Of a stretch of 10,420 nucleotides of DNA, positions 1 to 6,150 are shown in pieces. A program made the position numbers and the translations under genes. Every line of letters starts with the position of its first letter. Position 1 is the first letter of the stretch. The stretch covers positions 2,804 to 13,223 of the forward strand of contig JBDGTY010000034.1 in NCBI GenBank assembly GCA_042216335.1, read 5' to 3'. The notes below the pieces were generated by a model. That model made no database searches, was not told where the DNA came from, and was given only the letters and a program-made list of their open reading frames with translations. This DNA comes from Candidatus Nanohalobium sp. (GTDB lineage Archaea > Nanohalarchaeota > Nanosalinia > Nanosalinales > Nanosalinaceae).

Positions 1-958
1 TAAGGATAAACAGCAGTAACTGGTAGACAACCAGACCTCCAAGATTGACGAGTGTAAAGTACTTGTACTGGTGCCAGAGACTTTTCTGCGACTTGTCAAA
101 TGTTATAGTTTTGTTCCAGAAAAAGTTCCACTGCAGCGCCCCGGCAAAGGCCAGAAAACCCGCAAGCATGTAGTGAAGGTTGTAATATATCGCCGGAAGG
201 AAGATAAGATAGTTAACTACTACTCCTGTGCCCCCGACAGCCATGAACTCCAGGACCTGGACGATACGCTTCGACTGTTTGAAACCCAGGCGATCCAGGG
301 TGAACTTCCCCACCTGCTCCACATACTCGACCGCAGCCGAGAGGTTGAAGCTGCTCTCGCCGTTGCTCCGCTCACCGAACCTGTACGGCACCTCCTTGAC
401 TTCCAATTCGTTCCTGTGGAGAACCTCGAGAAGTATCTTGAAGCCCTCCGCATCCAGCGAATCGACATCAACCTTATCCTTTTTGAAGGCGAAGAAACCA
501 CTCATCGGGTCACTCAGTCTGTTCCGCCAGTAAACCACGTTGTACATCAGGGAGGCGGTCCGGTTGACGAACTTCCGCCACAGCCCCCAGTGCTCGATAG
601 TTTCTCCATCAGTGAAACGGCTTCCGACAGCTATATCGGCGGCTCCCAGGTTTCCCAGAAGCTCCGGTATCTTTTCGGGAGGGTGCTGAAGGTCAGCATC
701 CATAACCACAACTTCATCACCCTCGGCCTCCTGAAATCCTCTGATGACGCTCTGTGAGAGGCCGTGATCCTCTTCCCTGACAAAGACCCTGATCGGAAAA
801 GTTTCGGAGAGTTCTCTGGCTTTCTCTGCTGTACCGTCAGGGCTGTCGTCGTCGACCAGGACTATCTCGTACTCCCCATCTAGTGAAGAATCAATCCTCT
901 TAAAGAGTTCTTTGAGGTTCTTTTCCTCTCTGTAGGTCGGTATTACTATCGAGATCAT
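1..958 (-). CDS. Polyprenol-phosphate sugar synthase (DPM1/GtrB-like GT2) fused to a C-terminal GtrA-like membrane domain; 3' end lies beyond the window edge
   Basis: Absent from the ORF track because there is no stop in the window. Manual translation from ATG 958: MISIVIPTYREEKNL...IVLVDDDSPDGT...GLSQSVIRGF...VVVMDADLQHPPEKIPEL...IAVGSRF...DPMSGFFAF...GFKILLEVL...EVPYRFGERSNGES (DPM1-like motifs). It continues EFMAVGGTGVVVNYLIF...NFFWNKTITF...YFTLVNLGGLVVYQLLLFIL (GtrA pattern). ATGA overlap with the upstream stop at 955-958. Confidence 0.92.
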   Translation of the reverse strand, partial: MISIVIPTYREEKNLKELFKRIDSSLDGEYEIVLVDDDSPDGTAEKARELSETFPIRVFVREEDHGLSQSVIRGFQEAEGDEVVVMDADLQHPPEKIPELLGNLGAADIAVGSRFTDGETIEHWGLWRKFVNRTASLMYNVVYWRNRLSDPMSGFFAFKKDKVDVDSLDAEGFKILLEVLHRNELEVKEVPYRFGERSNGESSFNLSAAVEYVEQVGKFTLDRLGFKQSKRIVQVLEFMAVGGTGVVVNYLIFLPAIYYNLHYMLAGFLAFAGALQWNFFWNKTITFDKSQKSLWHQYKYFTLVNLGGLVVYQLLLFIL

Positions 959-1632
959 CTTCCGGTTTCACTCAAATTCATAAGTTCGCTGAGTCTGCCA
1001 GCGGACCTGTATCCCTCAATCTTTTTCTCGCCGTTCACCACGAGTGCGGGCGTGCTGGTGACATTGTACTGCTGTTCAAGTATATTGACTGCTCCATCAT
1101 CCAGCTTTGTAGGTATGGTGAAGACCAGGAGTTCACCGTCGTATCTCTTCTTCAGGAGGGTGAGTTCTACTCCTACGCTGCTGCATTTCCTGCATTTTTC
1201 GTCGCCGAACAGGTTTCTGGTGAAGAACAGTACAGTGGTGGCGTTGTAGTCACATTTGCTTCTGAGATTCTGTGCGTACATCCAGTAACGGATACCGGAG
1301 AGTATGTACTTCCTCTTTATGATCTTGAACTGCTGTTCCTTGAAGAAGCTGTTCTCCTGGTATTGCTGCACCTTTTCCAGCCGGGAGTTGTATCCCTTGA
1401 CTATGTCCGAAAGACCTGCCTGAAGTGCTGCGCAGGACTCGACCTCTGGAGACTTCAGATACGATAGCTGGAGCTGCCTGCTCTCCATCTCAACGTTGTT
1501 TTCCTGCATCTCGTTCTGGAGTTGCTGGTATCTCTGCGTGTCCATCAGGTTGCTGAAAAGCATCCCCATAGTGAAGACCGTGAGCGTGAGGACGGCTGCC
1601 AGCACGTACCTGTACTTCTGTATCTTTCTCAT
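955..1632 (-). CDS. Membrane-anchored hypothetical protein with a C-terminal thioredoxin-like fold
   Basis: 225 aa. Basic N-terminus and one hydrophobic helix (YVLAAVLTLTVFTMGMLF), then a Gln-rich helical stalk, then TTVLFF...CRKC (CxxC) and QYNVTSTPALVVNG (cis-Pro-type loop). Coupled to both neighbours. Confidence 0.75.
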   Translation of the reverse strand: MRKIQKYRYVLAAVLTLTVFTMGMLFSNLMDTQRYQQLQNEMQENNVEMESRQLQLSYLKSPEVESCAALQAGLSDIVKGYNSRLEKVQQYQENSFFKEQQFKIIKRKYILSGIRYWMYAQNLRSKCDYNATTVLFFTRNLFGDEKCRKCSSVGVELTLLKKRYDGELLVFTIPTKLDDGAVNILEQQYNVTSTPALVVNGEKKIEGYRSAGRLSELMNLSETGR

Positions 1633-1635
1633 AAT

Positions 1636-3060
1636 CTAATCCAACTCGTAAATCCTGTAGCTCTGTTCAAGTCTTGAAGTCTCGAAGATTTTATTATGTT
1701 GCTCCAGCCTTTCCACCAGTCGCTCCTGTTTCTCCCTGCAGTCCTTGATGGCAGGAGCACAGTACCAGGCTGCTGAGTTGTAGACGAAGTAGTCCGCCTG
1801 GTGGAAAACTCTTCTGGTAGTGTTTTCGTAGTGCTCGGGGCGGACTGCGATGAAGTCAAAGTCGCCGTACACCACAGGTGCCGGATGTAGACCACCGACA
1901 GTGCCGTTAAGCTTTGAGGTCTCCCTCAGGAACTCATTCCTCTCAGGATTGCTCCACGTATTCATATGGACAAGCTGAACGCCGTTCACAATCATGACGA
2001 GGCCAGCAGCCAGCAGAACCAGGTTCTCCCTCGAAATAAATTCTCTATTTGTTATCTCTTCAAACCTCGGAAGTTCAAGACTCCTAAGCCCGATGCCCGC
2101 AAACAGTGAGAGCAGGGGTAGGAATACCAGCATGAACCTCGGCTCCTTGTGAGGGTAAATCGTGAAGAACGAGTAGAAAATCACCAGGCCGGCGAGATAG
2201 CCGTACGAGACTCTATCTCTCCCCCTCAGTACGAGATATATGCCAGGCAGGGCGAAGAATACCAGCGGATTCGCGATCACAGCTTCCTTCAGGTAGTAAA
2301 GGCCGTAAAGGTACTGATCCGGGTTGAGAAGAGGGACGGAAGCACCTGAGAGTATCGGCCCAAGGAACCCATTGCCATAGAACCAGTTAAGCGAGAAATA
2401 AATCAGCGGAAGGACTGAAAAGGATGCTGCCATCTTTATTCCTCCTGCAGCCGTCTGGATGATATCATCTGAGTCGAAATCCATCTCCAGAATGGCCTCC
2501 AGAGGAACCTGTGCCAGGACGTAAGTGATACCGGCAGCAGGAGCTGCAAGGGCTGCTGGGAAGCGTGTCAGGAACGCCAGCGAAGCCAGCATACCCGATA
2601 TCACAGGCCTTTGATTTCTCACGTAGTATATAGCAGTAAACGCCAGGAAAGCGGACGGTATACCCGTCAGCAGGTAGTGACTCCACCTCATGTAGACGAA
2701 GCCAGACATGAGGATCAGCGAGGCATAGAGGGCTGTCCTCCGGTCGAACTCACTTTTCGCTATGCTGTAGAACGCAGCCAGTCCTCCAGCCGAGACGGTA
2801 ACCGCTGTAATTCTTGCCAGGTTGGGGAAGAATAGCCCCGTCTTCCAGACTGCTCCTATAAGCAATGGTATCATCGGAGGGCGGAATGATTCGTACAGTC
2901 CGATCTTTCCTAACGTGTAGAGGTTCTTCCCCATGCCGACGTAGACCGTCGAGTCCCATACCAGGGCCCTGTCCCACCTCAGCGCCACGATAACTGCCTG
3001 TATCGCGGTGAATACCCCCAGCATCATCAGTAACTTTCTGTGGTTTTTCCAGTCTACCAT
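1636..3060 (-). CDS. GT-C fold multi-pass glycosyltransferase (PMT/ArnT-like, GT39/GT83-type)
   Basis: 474 aa with many TM segments. WDSTVY acidic motif in the loop after TM1, ESFRPP, LAFLTRFP, HKEPRFMLVFLP, and a soluble C-terminal domain. Confidence 0.85.
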   Translation of the reverse strand: MVDWKNHRKLLMMLGVFTAIQAVIVALRWDRALVWDSTVYVGMGKNLYTLGKIGLYESFRPPMIPLLIGAVWKTGLFFPNLARITAVTVSAGGLAAFYSIAKSEFDRRTALYASLILMSGFVYMRWSHYLLTGIPSAFLAFTAIYYVRNQRPVISGMLASLAFLTRFPAALAAPAAGITYVLAQVPLEAILEMDFDSDDIIQTAAGGIKMAASFSVLPLIYFSLNWFYGNGFLGPILSGASVPLLNPDQYLYGLYYLKEAVIANPLVFFALPGIYLVLRGRDRVSYGYLAGLVIFYSFFTIYPHKEPRFMLVFLPLLSLFAGIGLRSLELPRFEEITNREFISRENLVLLAAGLVMIVNGVQLVHMNTWSNPERNEFLRETSKLNGTVGGLHPAPVVYGDFDFIAVRPEHYENTTRRVFHQADYFVYNSAAWYCAPAIKDCREKQERLVERLEQHNKIFETSRLEQSYRIYELD

Positions 3061-4304
3061 GTTCTTTCACTTCCCACTATCATCTTTAAAATGACGATGA
3101 GCCATAGGAATCCATTGATGAACACAAAGAACGCCAAGTAGAGTACTACCGGGATGAGACCGTGTTCAAGCAGGTTTTCATCTGTGTGGTGTGACGCCAT
3201 GTATGCCATGGCCGCGGAAGTGGTGAAGAGTGTTCCGATCATCGCCAGCGTCACCAGCTGCATCGAGAGTACGGCCCAGTATATGCCGTTTACTATCTCT
3301 GAGAAGCCTGTGGCTGCGAAAGTGAAGTAGTCGAGGCCGAGCCGTGAGAACTGCGAGACGAACGTGGCCAGCGGCACACCGATGAGGTAGACCGTCAGAA
3401 AGAGCACGAATAGTGAGAGCACGGTCTGGGCTAGCTTTGCCGGTATGGCGAACATTCCCAAGTCACCGTACTCCCTGTTAAAAATCATATGCTTGTACTG
3501 TATAGCAGTTTCCAGCGAGCCACGATACCACCGATACCTTTGCCTGTAGAACCCTTTCAGCGTGGAAGGTGCAACAGTCCGTACCTCTGCCTTGCTCGCA
3601 TGACCGATGGTATAATGCTTTTCCTGGAGCCGAAAGCATATCTCCTGATCCTCCACCAGCGAATCCTCGTCGAACATGCCGACCTCCACCAGTTTCTCCC
3701 TTCTGTAGGCGCTGAGAGGGCCTGGCGTGACATGGATGGCATTTATCAGCCCCATGATGTTCCTTGTGAAGATCCCGACGACGTACTCCACCCACTGAAG
3801 CTTCTGAAGCATGTTCTGCGGTTGATACACTTTCATGGCAGAGGCAACTCCCACATGGTCATCACCCATCTCCGAGACGATGTGTTTGAGGGACTTCTCC
3901 TCCAGCTTCGAGTCAGCGTCAACACACGCAACTACCTCGGAGTCGGACTCCCTGACACCTGCGTTCAGCGCCGACCCCTTCCCACCGTTCCCCTTGTCGA
4001 TGACGGTTACACGAGGATTATCCTCGTACTGCTTTATCTTCTCCAGCGTGGAGTCTGTGCTGCCGTCGTTGACAGCTATTATCTCGTATCTTTCTTCGGG
4101 ATAGTCGAGTTCAAGGGCGGACTCTATGGTCATCTCTATGGTGTCTTCCTCGTTGTACGCAGGGATGATGAGAGAAAGAGTCGGGAACTCGTCCAGCATC
4201 TCAGATTCGGGCTCGATCCTGCCTTCGTCGAAAAGTACTATGATAAGGAAGAACGAGATGAACAGGACGACAGCATACAGCGCCCACATCACTGGCTCGA
4301 GCAT
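3054..4304 (-). CDS. Membrane GT2 glycosyltransferase, cellulose synthase/PgaC/IcaA-like
   Basis: 416 aa. N-terminal TM, IIPAYNEE, VNDGSTD, GGKGSALN, DAD, VED and QRYRW (complete D,D,D,QxxRW set), plus C-terminal TM helices. Confidence 0.9.
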   Translation of the reverse strand: MLEPVMWALYAVVLFISFFLIIVLFDEGRIEPESEMLDEFPTLSLIIPAYNEEDTIEMTIESALELDYPEERYEIIAVNDGSTDSTLEKIKQYEDNPRVTVIDKGNGGKGSALNAGVRESDSEVVACVDADSKLEEKSLKHIVSEMGDDHVGVASAMKVYQPQNMLQKLQWVEYVVGIFTRNIMGLINAIHVTPGPLSAYRREKLVEVGMFDEDSLVEDQEICFRLQEKHYTIGHASKAEVRTVAPSTLKGFYRQRYRWYRGSLETAIQYKHMIFNREYGDLGMFAIPAKLAQTVLSLFVLFLTVYLIGVPLATFVSQFSRLGLDYFTFAATGFSEIVNGIYWAVLSMQLVTLAMIGTLFTTSAAMAYMASHHTDENLLEHGLIPVVLYLAFFVFINGFLWLIVILKMIVGSERTW

Positions 4305-4327
4305 AAAACACGAATGAAGGCCAAGAC

Positions 4328-4337
4328 AATTTAAATT
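4328..4337 (-). promoter_or_regulatory. Putative TATA box for the glycosyltransferase operon
   Basis: AATTTAAATT, abutting the truD stop, 24-33 bp upstream of ATG 4304. No Shine-Dalgarno visible, which fits leaderless geometry. Confidence 0.5.
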
Positions 4338-5530
4338 CAGTTATTCTTCCGGATCTCCCTCAGGAAGGTAGTGGCGTAGCAGCCCTTCGGCAGGTCGAAA
4401 CGGACACGCATCCTGTTCTTCGCCATGTTAAGGTCGTCCTCATCCACATCCAGGATCTCGAAGTTCCTGAAGTCAGCGAAAGCACGCCTCAGGGAACCCT
4501 CGGAACGCAGCTCTGGGATATCAGGAGTCCGGAAGTCATCCCTCTCGATACCTTCCTCTTCAAGAACCTCCTGCATAACCTGATCCGGCTTATTATCATT
4601 GAACTCGGTCTTGTAACCGACAAGAGGGATATCGTACTCCTCATCGTACCAGTCCTCCTCCAGAAGCCGGGAAAGCGTCCTGTTAAACACCCAGGACTGA
4701 TACGCATGGACGAACAAGGTCTGAAGGCCTTCAGGCAGCCTCTTGATCGCTCCCTGATAATCCCCAGGATTCTTCGTCAGGTGATACAGAAGAGTCTTCT
4801 CATACGTGAACTTCTCAGGGAAACGCTCAGCGGCACCTTCGACCTCTCGAGTCTCCCACAGCTCCTCCCGGACCTTCCTGATGCTCTTGTACTCATCGTC
4901 GTACGGCTTGGCGATATACGTCCAGACAGCCTCCTCGTAGTCACCCTTAAGGATAAGTCTTCCGACCTGGTGCGTGATAGGCCTTGAAGAGCCGAACCGC
5001 TGCGGTCCGAAATAGTTAGGCATCTTTCCATCCAGCTCATCCACGATCTTGAGCGTTCTGTCTCTGATATCCTCGATAGGCAGCTTGAGGTCTCTGATTG
5101 TTATGTCGAACCTGTTGGCCTTCAGGTTGCCAAGGCCGATCTTGCCGTTCTTGCCGACGACCTCGATGTCGAACTCGTCTGTGTATACGTTTCTGACCTC
5201 TTCCTCCTCAACGCCCTGGATGGAGATAAACTGCTCGGTCACGGCTCGTTTATCCTTGTTCCCGGCGTATCCGATCCGATTTCGAGAAATATGAAGCATC
5301 TTCGACAGTTTGTCGATGGCATCCATCGTCGTCATGTTCTGCTTCCGCAGCCTGACGATGAGGTGATCGCCTTCATCGCCTGTATCGTGAGAAGCCAGTT
5401 CCTTGACTACAAAGTCATCTACCTGCTCCTTGATCGCTCCATCAATTCCGTAGGAGTCAGTGTAGTAGTTCCAGTCCATTTTTCCGAAGTCAACGTCGAC
5501 TATAGAGTCATCTTCCATGTTATTATTCAT
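4337..5530 (-). CDS. truD: tRNA pseudouridine(13) synthase TruD
   Basis: DDFVVKE, GYAGNKDKRAVTEQ (catalytic Asp motif), GNLKANRFDITIR, PNYFGPQRFG, LFVHAYQSWVFN, FDLPKGCYAT. ATGA overlap with the pth2 stop supports start 5530; 5518 is an alternative start. Confidence 0.96.
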   Translation of the reverse strand: MNNNMEDDSIVDVDFGKMDWNYYTDSYGIDGAIKEQVDDFVVKELASHDTGDEGDHLIVRLRKQNMTTMDAIDKLSKMLHISRNRIGYAGNKDKRAVTEQFISIQGVEEEEVRNVYTDEFDIEVVGKNGKIGLGNLKANRFDITIRDLKLPIEDIRDRTLKIVDELDGKMPNYFGPQRFGSSRPITHQVGRLILKGDYEEAVWTYIAKPYDDEYKSIRKVREELWETREVEGAAERFPEKFTYEKTLLYHLTKNPGDYQGAIKRLPEGLQTLFVHAYQSWVFNRTLSRLLEEDWYDEEYDIPLVGYKTEFNDNKPDQVMQEVLEEEGIERDDFRTPDIPELRSEGSLRRAFADFRNFEILDVDEDDLNMAKNRMRVRFDLPKGCYATTFLREIRKNN

Positions 5531-5874
5531 TTTACCAGCTTCAAGTCTCCTGTAACCTTGTCGATTTTCTCCTCATCCGCCGGCCCCACTCCGAGAGCCG
5601 TAACAGTACCAGGCTTGACCTCTGTCCGCCCGGCATCCTTCACTAGGGCAGCAGGTATTTGTAAACCTTTCGCCCTCTCCAATCTTTCCTCAAGATCGTT
5701 CCCTGAGGATTCAACTACTACTTTTCGGCTTCCCTGATCTTCCCAGTCCTTCTGCATCTGTGAACCCACTTTCTTGTATGATTTAAGCGATGCGTGGCAC
5801 GCCTGGGAAATTTGCTTCCCCTTCGAAATACCCAAATCCTCTCTCAGCACGATTACCTGTTTCAACTGCGGCAT
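5527..5874 (-). CDS. pth2: Peptidyl-tRNA hydrolase Pth2 (archaeal/eukaryotic type)
   Basis: KQVIVLREDLGISKGKQISQACHAS, DAGRTEVKPGTVTALGVGP and IDKVTGDLKL are PTH2 family signatures; 115 aa. Confidence 0.96.
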   Translation of the reverse strand: MPQLKQVIVLREDLGISKGKQISQACHASLKSYKKVGSQMQKDWEDQGSRKVVVESSGNDLEERLERAKGLQIPAALVKDAGRTEVKPGTVTALGVGPADEEKIDKVTGDLKLVK

Positions 5875-5897
5875 ACCAATGACTTACTCTTTACGAG

Positions 5898-5903
5898 TTT
5901 TAA
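5898..5903 (-). promoter_or_regulatory. Putative TATA box for pth2-truD
   Basis: TTAAAA on the minus strand, 24-29 bp upstream of ATG 5874. Confidence 0.4.
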
Positions 5904-5998
5904 CTCCTACATCTAAAACAACCAAGTCAATCTTTAATTACCTTTCGGTGACAAGCGAGGCTTCGGTTATTGATCGCCTCGCCAAATAGATAGTACGA

Positions 5999-6104
5999 TG
6001 GGTTCGCCCAGATTCGAACTGGGGATCTTCGCCTTGTAAGGGCGACGTCTTAGTCCAAAGCCAGCAGAGCTGAAACCTTGGATAACCAACTAGACCACGA
6101 ACCC
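5999..6104 (-). tRNA. tRNA-Val(UAC) containing a D-arm intron; CCA not encoded
   Basis: Spliced 74-nt sequence: GGGTTCG TG GTCT AGTTGGTTA T|GAC G TCGCC CTTACAA GGCGA AGATC CCCAG TTCGAAT CTGGG CGAACCC A. Acceptor, anticodon and T stems pair perfectly, anticodon is TAC, discriminator is A. Confidence 0.95.
6050..6081 (-). other. 32-nt tRNA intron at non-canonical position 22/23
   Basis: CCAAGGTTTCAGCTCTGCTGGCTTTGGACTAA interrupts the GGTTAT|GAC D-arm and folds into a relaxed bulge-helix-bulge motif. Junction could be off by 1 nt. Confidence 0.85.
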
Positions 6105-6132
6105 GTTCAGCATAACAGGAAGGAAATGGAAG

Positions 6133-6140
6133 TTTTAAAA
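6133..6140 (-). promoter_or_regulatory. Putative TATA box for tRNA-Val
   Basis: TTTTAAAA, 29-36 bp upstream of the mature tRNA 5' end. Confidence 0.55.
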
Positions 6141-6150
6141 TAGAACCTCC

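Noticed and set aside
100-125. Possible frameshift in the T/A runs of the GtrA domain
   Set aside because: Base counting shows the frame stays open (WNKTITFDK) to the window edge.
71-757. 228-aa plus-strand ORF and nested ORFs 220..501 and 228..533
   Set aside because: Shadow or alternate frames of the minus-strand DPM1/GtrA gene; no recognisable motifs.
3489-4334. 281-aa plus-strand ORF and other small ORFs within 1052-5989
   Set aside because: Antisense or alternate frames of well-supported GT, truD and pth2 genes; composition is typical of shadow ORFs.
6041-6090. Alternative BHB register (UUGG/CUAA central helix with UCCAAGG/CUUUGGA intron helix)
   Set aside because: Cleavage in this register would remove G23-A24 and destroy the D-stem. 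The chosen register yields a canonical tRNA.
5875-6104. tRNA as an integration site for a provirus or island
   Set aside because: No integrase and no duplicated tRNA 3' end seen in the window; housekeeping pth2 follows directly.
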